Source of the DNA: Octopus bimaculoides
Lineage: Eukaryota
DNA: 64,000 nt
Reading direction: 5' to 3'
Assembly (NCBI RefSeq): GCF_001194135.2
Contig: NC_069003.1
Location: 31,510,109-31,574,108, forward strand
Part shown: positions 25,440 to 38,369 of the stretch, piece by piece
How positions within the stretch are numbered: the first letter of the stretch is position 1
Layout: every line of letters starts with the position of its first letter
Program-made: the position numbers and the translations under genes
The notes under the pieces: generated by a model
What the model was told of the DNA's origin: nothing
Databases searched by the model: none
The model's input: only the letters and a program-made list of their open reading frames with translations

Positions 25440-26047
25440 TATCTTTTATGCTTCAGTCATTGGACTGTGACCATGCTNNNNNNNNNNNNNNNNNNNNNNN
25501 NNNNNNNNNNNNNNNNNNNNNNNNNNNNNNNNNNNNNNNNNNNNNNNNNNNNNNNNNNNNNNNNNNNNNNNNNNNNNNNNNNNNNNNNNNNNNNNNNNNN
25601 NNNNGCTGAACTGCTAAGTTACAGGGACAGAAACAAACCAATATCGGTCGACAGCAATGGTTGGGGATAACACAAACACACACATATATATGCAATGGGC
25701 TTCCACACAGTTTTCGTCTACCTAATTCATGCACAAGCCTGGGGCTACAGTAGAAGACACTTGCCCAAGATATTGTGCAATGGTGGGTAAAGTGAGCTTC
25801 TTAAGCACACGGCAATGCCTGCACCTGTATCACAAAGATTTTTAAAAAGGAGAACCTTTGTCTTGAACATTTTTTTTTTTTTTTTCTAATCTATAAAATA
25901 TCCAGTATTTATAAGACCATTTTCCAAAATATTGAAATAGCAACTTACTTTGAATCTTGTAGATTTTCCAAAGCAGGAGCACTGAAATGCCAAGAAGACA
26001 ATGCTGGCTAGCACCACAATAGAGACCAGTACTGTTATTTCTAGCAT
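11823..26047 (-). CDS. AATK: Lemur-tail kinase (LMTK/AATK family), spliced CDS complement(join(25949..26047,24650..24848,23429..23499,20371..20498,19348..19435,17293..17426,16680..16764,14199..14317,13853..14002,11823..13260)), 2511 nt, 836 aa
   Basis: All nine introns are GT-AG with compatible phases, and the total length is divisible by 3. Architecture: N-terminal TM, RFK|[50 protein letters not shown]...RPT, post-kinase DFESKWNIL, long acidic/Ser tail. GWFG, DLALRNC, DYG and the FExxW post-kinase motif are LMTK hallmarks (recalled from human AATK/LMTK2). The symbol denotes the family, not 1:1 orthology. Confidence 0.93.
13853..14002 (-). CDS. AATK: Coding exon 9: [49 protein letters not shown](I)
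   Basis: actcccag|G acceptor, AT|gtaagt donor, 150 nt, phase 2 to 2. Confidence 0.95.
14199..14317 (-). CDS. AATK: Coding exon 8: [39 protein letters not shown](W)
   Basis: ctattgtag|GAG acceptor, TG|gtaagc donor, 119 nt, phase 0 to 2. Confidence 0.95.
15785..16176 (+). mobile_element. SINE family B (head gtggctgtgtggtaagaagcttgcttcccaaccacatggttccgggttcagtccc, internal microsatellite, tail aaatgactgaaacaagtaaaaga)
   Basis: Full copy. Others at about 46453-46872 (+), 36152-36511 (-), 14645-14960 (-), 35395-35720 (-), 49650-50030 (-), plus many fragments. Confidence 0.85.
16680..16764 (-). CDS. AATK: Coding exon 7: [28 protein letters not shown] (catalytic loop, DYG)
   Basis: tacttgtag|T acceptor, AAG|gtcagt donor, 85 nt, phase 2 to 0. 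Confidence 0.96.
17293..17426 (-). CDS. AATK: Coding exon 6: [10 protein letters not shown]...[19 protein letters not shown](C)
   Basis: tattatag|GGC acceptor, TG|gtaagt donor, 134 nt, phase 0 to 2. Confidence 0.94.
18759..18862 (+). ncRNA. Hammerhead motif copy 2, core mutated (CTGCCGA)
   Basis: atct-CTGCCGA(18774-18780)-gcgcagggtt...aaccctgcgt-GAAA(18833-18836)-CCGATTGA-TA|agat. Confidence 0.65.
19348..19435 (-). CDS. AATK: Coding exon 5: [29 protein letters not shown]
   Basis: attccacag|G acceptor, CTG|gtttgt donor, 88 nt, phase 2 to 0. Contains the HPN..L.LLG kinase motif. Confidence 0.93.
19976..20013 (+). ncRNA. Minimal hammerhead-like motif (Penelope-type), non-canonical core
   Basis: tcttt-CTGTGGAA-gagc(gtag)gctc-GAAACGTT-aaaga: stem I tcttt/aaaga, stem II gagc/gctc, palindromic ACGT stem III. 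Confidence 0.45.
20371..20498 (-). CDS. AATK: Coding exon 4: [42 protein letters not shown] (beta2-beta3-alphaC)
   Basis: cattttgcaaag|GTT acceptor, CG|gtaagt donor, 128 nt, phase 0 to 2. This frame is absent from the ORF track. Confidence 0.92.
23429..23499 (-). CDS. AATK: Coding exon 3: [23 protein letters not shown] (Gly-rich loop)
   Basis: gttgcag|CC acceptor, CAG|gtaagt donor, 71 nt, phase 1 to 0. Confidence 0.93.
24650..24848 (-). CDS. AATK: Coding exon 2: [13 protein letters not shown]...NNEPNSRIV (juxtamembrane)
   Basis: ttcctccag|AGT acceptor, T|gtaagt donor, 199 nt, phase 0 to 1. Confidence 0.88.
25010..25350 (+). mobile_element. tRNA-headed SINE family A, less-decayed copy
   Basis: Colinear with 1199-1530 and retains CpGs. 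Confidence 0.8.
25949..26047 (-). CDS. AATK: Coding exon 1: [33 protein letters not shown] (signal-anchor TM plus CxC)
   Basis: The exon starts at 26096 after tttttcag. Two in-frame TGA codons precede ATG 26047. Donor is AAA|gtaagt, phase 0. Confidence 0.88.
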
Positions 26048-26081
26048 TATCAATCAACTGTTCAGTCAGAAGCTGTCTAAG

Positions 26082-26096
26082 TCAAGTGAAACCCAT
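26082..26096 (-). promoter_or_regulatory. uORF ATG GGT TTC ACT TGA (MGFT*) at the first base of the start-codon exon
   Basis: Read directly; out of frame with the main ATG 49 nt downstream. Confidence 0.55.
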
Positions 26097-26230
26097 CTGA
26101 AAAAGATGAAGAAGACAATGGATATGTTTAGAGATTTACCAACAGTGTGGTTATAATACATAGGATTGTGTATAGCGGAATCGTAAAATCTGATTGCTCC
26201 GGTATGGCCATAATGTATGATTGCATAGTA

Positions 26231-26485
26231 CAATGGTTGCCAACCAGGGTCTATATGAGATTTTGTTGTTAAAATTTATCGGCAATATATTGTTTATAGT
26301 TTTACAATACACAGAATATTTCAACTTTTTTATATACAATTCCTAATGATATTTAATTACAAAAATACAGGATCTTTTTTTTTTTTTATATATATATATA
26401 TATATATCGAATGGGTATGGAAGTCCAGTGGGGTAATAAAAGGAATCAAAGGGATCCATAGGCAAAAAATGATTGAGAACCACAG
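26231..26485. mobile_element. hAT-type MITE just upstream of the start-codon exon
   Basis: Ends caatggttgccaacc...gattgagaaccacag; TSD gcatagta/gcatagaa (7/8). A related copy at about 32343-33201 carries nested SINEs. Confidence 0.75.
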
Positions 26486-27009
26486 GCATAGAATATGGGT
26501 ATATATGAGAGAGTGTATGTTTAATATATGATAGTTCATTGGCCATATATAATTGCATGTGGTAGGGCTATAAAGTACATAACCGTCTGTAGTTTGGTCG
26601 TGTAAGATTTTATATTTATTACACTCTCGGAGTGGTTGGCATTAGGAAAGGCATCCAGCCGTAGACACCATGCTAAATCAGAGTGCAGTCAAGTGCAACC
26701 ATCCAACGTGCCAGCCCGGTCAAACCATCCAACCCATGCCAGCATGGACAATGGACATTAAAGGATGGTGATTATGATAATATATATATATATATATATA
26801 TATACATACACACATACAAGAGTTAAGGAATGGAGTAGATAAGATCCAGCCTACATATGTTTCAAGCAAGGTGTATACTGCAGGTTAGTCTTCAGGCCAA
26901 GGACACCTTGATTAAATGAAAGTTTACATTGTTGCAGTGAGGTACATGTTAACACATGGAAGATTCAATCAGAATGTGTAGCAAACATAGTAGGAGTGGA
27001 GAATATATG

Positions 27010-27053
<44 letters not shown>

Positions 27054-27523
27054 ATAATCCAAGTATACATTGGATATTAGATAACAGGGTGGTGGTCTAA
27101 TATATATGCTCTTCAGGGATGGCTGGTTTGAAAAACAATATGGTGATTGTTCTCTATTATTGAAGGTGTGTAAGTGTCGTATGTACTAGGTAGCTACCCT
27201 AATATCTGGTATAAAAGCAACTGATAAGATTGACTGTAATGGATCCGTGATACTTCATGCTTTGATTATTATACTCACTCTATCGACAAATATACAAGTG
27301 CCTACTTTTTCTGACTTCTGAATTATTAGACAACTATATATNNNNNNNNNNNNNNNNNNNNNNNNNNNNNNNNNNNNNNNNNNNNNNNNNNNNNNNNNNN
27401 NNNNNNNNNNNNNNNNNNNNNNNNNNNNNNNNNNNNNNNNNNNNNNNNNNNNNNNNNNNNNNNNNNNNNNNNNNNNNNNNNNNNNNNNTATATATATTAA
27501 TCAATGTATACAGTATTATATAT

Positions 27524-27629
27524 CCATTACAGCTGATCTTATCAATCAGTTTTGCACTAGGGGTTCACTGGAGTGTTAGATAACAGCCCAATTATGTAAC
27601 CCTGTGCTCATCAGAGATGGTAGTTATGG
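27524..27629 (-). ncRNA. Hammerhead motif copy 3, G12 mutated to A
   Basis: atct-CTGATGA(27614-27608)-gcacagggtt...tagtgc-AAAA-CTGATTGA-TA|agat. Confidence 0.65.
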
Positions 27630-28557
27630 ACAGCTTACATGCTCTCACATACTGCAGTGTATGATATATGATCAAATAATGAATGTGTACAGTATAGTCA
27701 TATGATTGTGCATAGTATCATCAAAAATGATTGTGTATAGTATGATCATAGATATATGACAGTGTATAGTAGCATCAGCTACAACTGTATATGGCAGAGT
27801 CCTTTACAATTGTGCATAATCATATAATATACGAGGATTGTATATTGTTATTGTCAACATCAGTTTGCATTGTACAAACCATATCTCTAAGATTGTCAAG
27901 AAGGCTGAGGATGCATTAGCACCACTCTGTAAGACCTTTGTCAGCCACTCTCCAGCTATTTATGACTATGGTATGTCCACACTTAGAGTTTGCATTACCA
28001 GTCTGGAACCACTGTTTCCAGGAAACTGTTCAGAAACATGCAACCAGATGAATACCCATCGTCAGACATCTACCATACACTGGACATTTTGTTTCGCTGG
28101 GCATGGACACACTAAAGCTCTGACATCTGGCAACTGATTTGGCAGACACCCATAAGATTATCCACCATCTTTCCAACAAGAACCTTTGTCTCCTTTTTGA
28201 ATTCCATATGTCTAACACTCATAGACATACTCACAAAATCAAAAAACAACACAACACCCAAGATTCTCGGAAACATTTTTACATGCTCAGAAAGCACAGA
28301 ATAAACTACCTGCATTAGTTGTTAGCTGTCAAGACACAACATCCTTCAAAACTTCCATGCTTCCTGAAATTCACCTGATGCACCCCACCCCCATTTCTTT
28401 CTCTTTTTTTTTTTTTTTGTCTTTTAAAGACTTATTCACTGTTCACTTCCTGTGCATATTCTACGAACTGTTCAGCAGTTTTGGTTACTTTTTCCAATGA
28501 GTTGTGATGCACCTGATCACCGCATACACTATGTTCATTATTATAGTGATAGTGGAC

Positions 28558-28774
28558 ACAATTAAACCTTGGGAGAGGCATTATGCCGGTAATAAACACA
28601 CGCACTGGTTCAGTCCTTTATTAATTTATAAACAGTATATAGTTTTTTGTTAAATCATTTCATTGCACTCTTGCAATCTCTTCAGTAACTTGTCTCTCCA
28701 CTTCCAATTAATAAAGGACTGAACCAGTGTGTGTGTTTATTACCGGCATAATGCCTCTTCCAAGATTTAATTGT
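28558..28774. repeat. 69-bp inverted repeat (66/69 identical) with a 79-bp spacer
   Basis: Arms 28558-28626 and 28706-28774. Confidence 0.92.
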
Positions 28775-31497
28775 ATTTCTTTCAACATACGTATCCACAT
28801 CAAGAATCTTGCACACGAAATACACATACGAAAAGTGATAGTGGAGTCATAGATAAGATATACAATTTGATGATATAAGCTCATATACAGTATGATCATG
28901 CAACACAAAAATGATATACATTATGGTTATCTAAAATTATATCTGTATCATACGTAATTACATCCAGTATAGTTATATACTAATAGATTATTTGAGCTCC
29001 GTATATTAGATGTGTGACTTAAGAATTTCAAGAATGTAGAACTTTAGAAATGTAACAATACCATGTTTTAACATATGTAGCTTCACAGAAGTATAAGAGG
29101 AGTATACAGGCAGAAATGGTAATAAGGGTGTGTGAAGGATAGTGAATAGCTTGTAAGTTAAATGTTAGGAAGTTATAAAGTAGGTTGCTATATCACATGG
29201 TCGTCCGGCGTGACTGTGTGGTTAAGTAATTCACTTTGCAACATTGTTTCATGTTCACTCCCACCATACAGCATCTTGGACAAGTGTTGCCTGAAATTTG
29301 GTAGACAGAAACTGGGTAAGCACTTTCCATCCTGTTGTAGGCAATATGTGTTTTTTTGTGGAGACCGGGGCCGGCAAATAGAAGGGCTGCCCTGAGTGGC
29401 ACTCACTCTAGCTACACTAGTGAGTCACAGTCTTTTCAAATTTTTGCTGCATTTTGGAATTTTAGGTCCTCCGAAGTCAGCTTGGTGTATAAGTCGACCT
29501 ACCTTTTAGCTTAGTCTGAAAAATTCAGCTTGTATGCCAGAAAATACTGCATTTTATCAAATAAAGACAGATGAAAAGCAAAGCTGACTTCAGTAAGATT
29601 TGAGTTCAGAATGCAGAGAGCCAAAATGAAGGCCACAATCTATGAGCTTTTCTAACTCACTGCTAACTCACTACCTAGGAATTACTTTCTATCCTAAATA
29701 GTGATAATGGTGTTATTCATCATCATCATCATCTTCATGTAATGTCCATTGTCTCTGCTGGCATGGGTTGGACGGTTTGACCAGGGCTGATAAGCTGAGG
29801 GGCTGCACCAGACTCCAGTCTCATTTGGCATGGTTTCTCCAGCTTCCTAACACCAAACACTCTAAGAGTGTAATGGGTGCTTTTGCTTGCCACCGGCACA
29901 GGTGCCAGTTGCATGACGCCAGCATCTGTCACAACTATGATTTCACTTGGCTTGATGGGTCTTCAACCAAAAATCAGCTCTAATCAATGTAACTTATCGT
30001 CAAAAGACATTCAAGCTATGAACAACTCATTATTTTCAGTGAATCAGGGACCATAAATATGTTCTTCCATTAAAAAAGATTTTTTTTTTAATCAGCAACT
30101 CATGAACCTGTTTTGTACCATGGACTGGTTTGATGCCAGACAATTTTTCTATGGACTGGGGCAACCAGGTGCATAACAAAACGCAACAAAGTGCATAATA
30201 TATAATGCATATAAATTACATATATTCACGACATTTATAATGTAATAACACTCTTCAGATTGCAATAGTCAATAAAATAGAAACAGAATTAAAAAATTTA
30301 TTCTTCCTGTGCAACCTAGTGTCAAATGATACAGGGTCAGGTACTGGTTTGTAGCCTGTTGATTGGGGACCCCTGATTTACAGGAAATTTGGCCATTATT
30401 TTCAGTACAGAGCTTTCTACGTAGCATGTATATCTAGTAAACACTTGTTTTACTGGTTTTGAGTCATTGGATTGTGGCCATGTTGAGGCATCACCTTGAA
30501 TAGTTTTAGTCAATTACATATACCACAATAGTCCGATATGTATTTCATTGTTCACCAAAGATATGAAAAACAAAATGGACATTCCTGTTTGAATGTACTG
30601 GCTCTCACACCATGTTGGCATAAAGATAAATAAATTGATCTCTGTTAGTTTCATTATGAATTTTCAGTTGTCTGATCAACTGACTTACCCATTCATCTGA
30701 ATTAGTATATGATGAATACTCCATGAGCATTTATGGACAAGTATACCCTTAACATGATCGTTTGGAATTAGCCTGGTGCAGTTTGTGACAAGGCGGTACC
30801 TTTATATTGGTTTCAGATTTTGGCACAAAGCCAGCAAGTTAGAGAGAGTGAGTAATTTGATTACATCAACTGGTACCATGCAGGAATGGGTTGGATGGGT
30901 CTTATTCAGCACTGCTCCACACCATTTGTTGTAACCACTTGTAATGTATTTGCCAGTGTATAAGACTTGCTCTCACATAAGGCAAATCCCTAATTTTTTA
31001 TGGACCCCCCCCCCCCCTGATAAATTTAATGTTTCACCATATACCTCATACATTTGATATCCTATTCGAAATACAGTTGCATTAGATGCATGGTGATTTT
31101 TTGTTATATTTAAGAACAAAAGAAATGCATCTAATACATGGAGGCACATGGCTTAGTGGTTAGAGTGTTGGACTCATGATCATAGGAGTGTGGTTTTGAT
31201 TCCTGGGTCAGGCAATGTGTTGTGTTTTTTAGCAAAAACAAAAAGAAAATAGCAACTCATTTCACATTGCTCCAGTCCACTCAGTTGGCAAAAAAGAGTA
31301 ATCTTGTGACAGACCGGCATCCCTTCCAGGAAGGGCTATACATGCCAGAGAAACAAGAAAACCAGCCCTATGTGGGCTAACCATCTCATACATTATCATA
31401 TACAGCAATGTCCTTCCTTAGAGTCTGTTTCCTGGGACCAATCTTCACGTCTTCCTCAGTCAGAAATATAGGATGGCTATGTTTAGAACATCTTTAA

Positions 31498-31718
31498 CCC
31501 TTTAGCATTTAAACCGGCCATATCCGGCCAAAAGTATTCTGCCTGTTTTGTGTTCAAACTGGCCAGATCTGGTCTCTCACACCAACCCTACAACATTGTT
31601 TTAAAAATTAGCAGCTACCTCATCAAAATCTCATAGCTACAAGATAATGCATGATTGGTTCAAAAGAATGTGGATGAAAAAGCATTAATTTTGGCAGAAT
31701 AATGCAAACACTAAAGGG
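31498..31718 (+). mobile_element. piggyBac-type MITE, TTAA|CCCTTTAG...CTAAAGGG|TTAA
   Basis: TTAA at 31494-31497 and 31719-31722; CCC...GGG termini. Same family at 16376-16598, 22838-23046, about 612-819, 33203-33416 (left TIR missing) and 14040-14126 (partial). Confidence 0.85.
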
Positions 31719-32428
31719 TTAATCATAAATCGACTGGGTTATAACTGACCTGTGGTTAAACAGCAACAACAACAAATAGATTTGTTTACTTCTTTGCCAT
31801 CAGTAAAAAGAAGAATGACAGGAATTTATAACTTTCTTATGAAGTGGATAAGAAAAAAAACAAACTGGGTCAGCTGAAATAGTTTTTGATAGAAACTATA
31901 GGTACTACCCACCACCACCACCACCATCACCATCTCCTGCAACCACCTTCCTCCTTGAAGGAACCCAATCACTGGCTGACACTCATCGACAATTAAATGA
32001 ACATCAGGTTTCTTTCTTAAAACTTCTTTTGTGAAAAATAAAAGTTACTTCGTGTTCAACAACAATAAATACACTCCTTTTCAAAATGAGGAGTGTGGTG
32101 AGTGATAAAGTCGACATACAAAGAAATGACACAAAATTTATTAAATTATTTCAGAACAGGTTTCTATGTTGTTTATTTTCATGTCAGCTCCTAAGTAGAT
32201 CCCTGATCAAAAAGAAATTCAAGGCCTTAAAACTACATTATCTGATATGTTTCGACCACCACTGTTTTCTCTTTTAAGGGGTTAGGATGCAGTTGAGGAA
32301 GATTTGGCTGCTATTTCTAGCAGGATTATCAATCACATAAATCAGTGGTTTCCAACTTTTTTACTACCAAGGACCCCTTTTATTTAAATGAGTTTGCTCA
32401 CAGATCCCTTTTAATATGCTTCTCCTTA

Positions 32429-32501
<73 letters not shown>

Positions 32502-32660
32502 CANNNNNNNNNNNNNNNNNNNNNNNNNNNNNNNNNNNNNNNNNNNNNNNNNNNNNNNNNNNNNNNNNNNNNNNNNNNNNNNNNNNNNNNNNNNNNNNNN
32601 NNNNNNNNNNNNNNNNNNNNNNNNNNNNNNNNNNNNNNNNNNNNNNNNNNNNNNNNNNNN

Positions 32661-32697
<37 letters not shown>

Positions 32698-34491
32698 TGG
32701 TTGGTAAGCAACCATGTGGTTGCAAACTAGCCACATGGTTCTGGGTTCAGTCCTACTGTGTGGCACCTTGGGCAAGTGTCTTCTACTATAGTCTTGACCC
32801 AACCAAATACATACACACATATATAAAAACATTACGCCCATTATTATATTAGAAGATATTATTAAGGCGCCGAGCTGGCAGAACCGTTAGCACACCAGGC
32901 AAAATGCTTCTGTCTGCCCTTCATGTTCTGAGTTCAAATGCTGCCAGAGTCGACTTTGCCTTTCATCCTTTTAGGGTCAATAAATTAAGTTCCAGTTACA
33001 CACTGGGGTCAATGTGATCAACTGGTCACCTCCCCCAAAATTTCAGGCCTTGTGCATATAGTAGAAAGGATTATTAAATATTAGCAGGAATTGTATAAAA
33101 GGAATTGATAAAATATTTTGTGTTTCGTAGAAGTATAACCAATTTATTGCAGATAAATTTCAAGAACAAAATCTTATGTGAACCCTGGTTGAGAACCACT
33201 GATTTAAACCAACCATATCCAGCTCAAATATTCTAACTGTTTTATGTTTAAATTGGCTAGATCTGGTTTCTCACACCTGTCCTACAATGTCATTCTAAAA
33301 ATAAACAATTAACATCACTGAAGTCTCAAAGCTCAAAGATAAAGTATGATTATTCAGAGACAATGTGAATAAATAAGCATTGCATTTGACAGAGTCATTT
33401 GAATGCTAAAGGATTAAGAAGTAGCAAATTGGTGAAGCCATTATAAGATAAGCTGCCTTGTGGCATACAAACGAAATGTGTAGTGGCCTTTTGTTTGTCT
33501 TTACAGTCTGAGTTCAAATTCCACCGAGGTCAACTTTGCCTTTCAACATTTCAAGGTTGATTAAAATAAGTACAGCTGGGTACTGGGGTTGATATAATCA
33601 ACTAGGCCCCCCCACCTCTTACCTCCCTCCAAATTCCAGGCCTTGTGCCTATAGAAGAAAGAGAGATATATATGTGCCAGTTCTTTGTGCCCTGTGTTTA
33701 ACCACCACCAACATCACCACTGCTGCCACTGCCACTACTACAACCACCACTAACAAACATGACCCATGACCACTGACCACTGACACCAACAATAACAACA
33801 AACAGTTTCATTGTTTGTTGTTGTTATTGACTATTTTCTTTAGCCAATACAGTGATTGCTTATAAGCTTTAAGCTCATTAAATATCATTATTATTATTAT
33901 TTACAGAAGTGTAAAACTTAGCACTGCTTATCAAATCATAGCAGAAAATACACACGCCTGTTTATAGCTACACTGACGTTGCAACTTTTGTAGAAGCGAG
34001 TGAGATGTAAACAAACACACAAATACACACACACGCGATTGTTTTCTGTGGTTTGAAAGTAAACTGCTTAATAACATTGGCATGCCCCGACCGCACTAGC
34101 TCTTATCTTTTACCTGTTTCAGTCACTGGACTGCAGCCATTCTGGGGCACTTGCTTTGAAGGGGTTTTAGCCGAATGAAGCAACCCCAGTACTAATTTTT
34201 CGAAGTTTGGCACTCTTATTTTATCAGTCTCCTTTGCCGAAACACTATGTATGTTATGGGGACATAAACAAACCAACACTGGTTGTCAAGTGTTGGTTGG
34301 GGAACAAACTGGGGTTGATTTCTTTGACTAAACCCCTCAAGGTGGTGCCCCAACATGGTTGCAATCAAATGACAGAAACAAGTAAAAGATACACGAGGTT
34401 AACCCTTTTCCAAGCTACAATAGTCTACAAGGTGAGGGTTTTAGCTCCAGTTATTATCCTAAGATGTAAGCCCTTCACAGATGATTTAGCT

Positions 34492-34792
34492 CATTGGTTC
34501 TCAACTGGGGTCCATATAGCCTCTGAGGGTCTATATAAGATTTTGTGGGGTTCAAGCAACAAAACAGGTATTTTAAGGGCTCTTGAAAAAGCAGTTTGTT
34601 TTAGATGTATTCATTGGTATGTATTGTAAAAAAAACAGCTAGGCTTCTTTCTCTCACATTTTTACAAAGTTCAACCTACACAAGTTAATATGAGAAAAAC
34701 AAAATAGGAATTTTGAAAGAAGTTTTGAGGGTCTACCAGAATAAAATAGTAATCAAAGGGGTCCATAGATATAAAATGGTTGAGAATCCCTG
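34492..34792. mobile_element. hAT-type MITE
   Basis: Ends cattggttctcaac...gttgagaatccctg; perfect 8-bp TSD ATTTAGCT on both sides. Confidence 0.85.
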
Positions 34793-37700
34793 ATTTAGCT
34801 GAACAGCAGAATGTAAGAAAATCACATGTCAATAAATGATTAGAACAAAAAAATTTGCAAAGTGGAATAAATTATTTTACCATGAGAAAGAGGAAATATG
34901 GGTGGAGCCCTTCATCAGAAAGAGATGAAATGATAACTTACAGGTGACTTGAGAAAAGTCTGATGCAATTTCCCAACAGGTGGGTTAATTGAAGCAAGCT
35001 AGATTTAGGCCTCCTGCCTTGTTGAACTGAGGTAGTCTAATTTGATACAATGACTTGAACTGGAGCCACTGCATTCACATGTGACATATACAAGCCAATA
35101 GATGATTGTCCTACATTCAGTAACAGGATATGGTGAGAAGAATGCTGTGTTCACCACATACAACTATGACCTGTACTAGCAAATGGAAGCTGGTCTAGTC
35201 CAATGGTTTGCAAACACTTTTTGTTTATGAACCTGTTTGGTATCTGTTTTAATCTACTGGATCCCCCCATAGCCATTTAATTGTTTGTAAAAATCCCATT
35301 ATATTTTTACAATTAAATATTATTAAGAATTGTTAAAAAAAAAATATTGCTAAAATATTTTGTGTATTGTAGATATATTCTTTTTTTTTTTTCTCTTAAC
35401 TTGTTTCAGTCATTAGACTGTGGCCATGCTGGGGCATAGCCTTCAATTTTTAGTCAAATGAATTGACTCCAGTACTTATTTTTTTAAAGCCTGGTACTTA
35501 TTCTATCAGTCTCTTTTGGCGAACTGCTAAGTTACAGGGACTCAAACACACCAACACTGGTTGTCAAGCAATTGTGGGGAGACAAAAGGACACACACACA
35601 TGATGGGCTTCTTTCAGTTTACATCTAACAAATTCACTCACAAGGCTTTAGTTAGCCCAAGGCTATAGAAAAAAGACACTTGCCCAAAGTACCATGCAGT
35701 GGGATTGAACTCAGAGCCATGAGNNNNNNNNNNNNNNNNNNNNNNNNNNNNNNNNNNNNNNNNNNNNNNNNNNNNNNNNNNNNNNNNNNNNNNNNNNNNN
35801 NNNNNNNNNNNNNNNNNNNNNNNNNNNNNNNNNNNNNNNNNNNNNNNNNNNNNNNNNNNNNNNNNNNNNNNNNNNNNNNNNNNNNNNNNNNNNNNNNNNN
35901 NNNNNNNNNNNNNNNNNNNNNNNNNNNNNNNNNNNNNNNNNNNNNNNNNNNNNNNNNNNNNNNNNNNNNNNNNNNNNNNNNNNNNNNNNNNNNNNNNNNN
36001 NNNNNNNNNNNNNNNNNNNNNNNNNNNNNNNNNNNNNNNNNNNNNNNNNNNNNNNNNNNNNNNNNNNNNNNNNNNNNNNNNNNNNNNNNNNNNNNNNNNN
36101 NNNNNNNNNNNNNNNNNNNNNNNNNNNNNNNNNNNNNNNNNNNNNNNNNNNGCACCGCCTTTAGTCGAGCAAATCGACCCCAGGACTTATTCTTTGTAAG
36201 CCTAGTACTTATTCTATTGGTCTCTTTTTGCTGAACCACTAAGTTACGGGGACATAAACACACCAGCATCAGTTGTCAAGCGAAGTTGGGGGCGACAAAT
36301 ACAGACACAGAAACATATACACACACATACATATATATGTATACATATATACGACAGGCTTCTTTCAGTTTCCATCTACCAAATCCACTCACAAGGCTTT
36401 GGTCGGCCCGAGGCTATAGTAGAAGAACACTTGCCCAAGGTGCCACGCAGTGGGACTGAACCCAGAACCATGTGGTTGGTAAGCAAGCTACTTACCACAC
36501 AGCCACTCCTATACCACCTTTAGTGTTGTAAATACATTCTAGGATGGGTGGAAGAAATAAATTACCCACAGAAATAAAAAGAAAAAAAAACAGGTTTTAT
36601 AATAAAAGCTCCTTACAGTGAAGAATAATGTTAAAAATGCTGATAAAAAATTTTAAACTTTGATCACTGCAGATTTTTTGTAGTAAAACTTGTTGAGAAA
36701 AGGGAGGTGGAATTTATGTCATCTTTGAATAGACGAGACATGCCTAATGGAAGAAATGGTTGGATAAATATATAAATATATCCTTGACATGGTTGTTTAT
36801 GTAGTCTAGGTTTTATAGAAATGCAACTATATTCTTTTATTCGATTCAGTCGTCGGACTGTGGCCATGCAGGAGCACCTCCTTGAAGTGTTTAGTTGAAG
36901 AAATCTTTCCTAGTACCTTTTTTTTTTTTTTTTAACATCTGGTACTTGTTCTGTTCATTCTTTTGGCTAAGTTATGGGGATATAAGCAAACCAACACCAG
37001 TTTTCAAGAAGTGGAGATAGCAGGTGTTGGTTTGTTTCCATCCCCATAACTTACTAGTTCAGCAAAAGAGACTGATAGAATAAATTACGAGGCTTTAAAA
37101 GTTAAGCAAGGGAATCAATTTGTTTGAAAAAAAACACTTCAAGATGGTGTCCCAGAATGGCTGCAATCCAATGACTGAAACCAGTAAAAGATAAAAGACA
37201 GTTACAGATAAAGGACTCGGTGAACATTTACCTGAAATGTTGTGACGTAGTCATTTATTTATACACTAAATAAACCTCAAATAAGGGTTTATAAGGTGAT
37301 CTGCACTTTATACTAAAAACAAGAAAGACAGCATAGTGCAGTAGTGTTGGTGGTGGTGGTGATGCTGATGGCGGTGGAGGTAAAGTTAGTGGTGGCTGTA
37401 GTGACGATGATAGCAAGAGAGTAGAGGTAGAAATAATATTGGAAGTAGTGGTGATGGTAGCGGTGGTGGTGGTGGTGGTGGTGGTGGTGTTAGAANNNNN
37501 NNNNNNNNNNNNNNNNNNNNNNNNNNNNNNNNNNNNNNNNNNNNNNNNNNNNNNNNNNNNNNNNNNNNNNNNNNNNNNNNNNNNNNNNNNNNNNNNNNNN
37601 NNNNNNNNNNNNNNNNNNNNNNNNNNNNNNNNNNNNNNNNNNNNNNNNNNNNNNNNNNNNNNNNNNNNNNNNNNNNNNNNNNNNNNNNNNNNNNNNNNNN

Positions 37701-38369
37701 NNNNNNNNNNNNNNNNNNNNNNNNNNNNNNNNNNNNNNNNNNNNNNNNNNNNNNNNNNNNNNNNNNNNNNNNNNNNNNNNNNNNNNNNNNNNNNNNNNNN
37801 NNNNNNNNNNNNNNNNNNNNNNNNNNNNNNNNNNNNNNNNNNNNNNNNNNNNNNNNNNNNNNNNNNNNNNNNNNNNNNNNNNNNNNNNNNNNNNNNNNNN
37901 NNNNNNNNNNNNNNNNNNNNNNNNNNNNNNNNNNNNNNNNNNNNNNNNNNNNNNNNNNNNNNNNNNNNNNNNNNNNNNNNNNNNNNNNNNNNNNNNNNNN
38001 NNNNNNNNNNNNNNNNNNNNNNNNNNNNNNNNNNNNNNNNNNNNNGGGGGGGGGGGTGCGTTATGTTGTGGTAATAAGGTGAAAGAGGTAGAGAAGGTGT
38101 GGAGCAAGTGACTGAGTAGTAGTTAATAGAACAGAGAGGAGGTAGCAGTTAGTAACAAGTGTATAGTGGTGGGGGTGAGGTTATGGTGTGGAAAAATACT
38201 GTCTTAGCCCAAACTGATAATTATATTTCATAAAAACAAAAATTTAAACGTTAAGTTGAAGAAAAAGCTTCGTAATACTTGAGAGTGTGTTTATAACAAC
38301 AGCAACAATGAATTATGTAAATAATTTGATTAGGATAGGAGCAAGTGTGGCTATGTGGTAAGAAGTGGT

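Noticed and set aside
28243-28290. MFPRILGVVLFFDF|gtgagt as a signal-peptide exon of the kinase
   Set aside because: The downstream exon has in-frame stops before its own ATG, so no upstream coding exon can join in frame.
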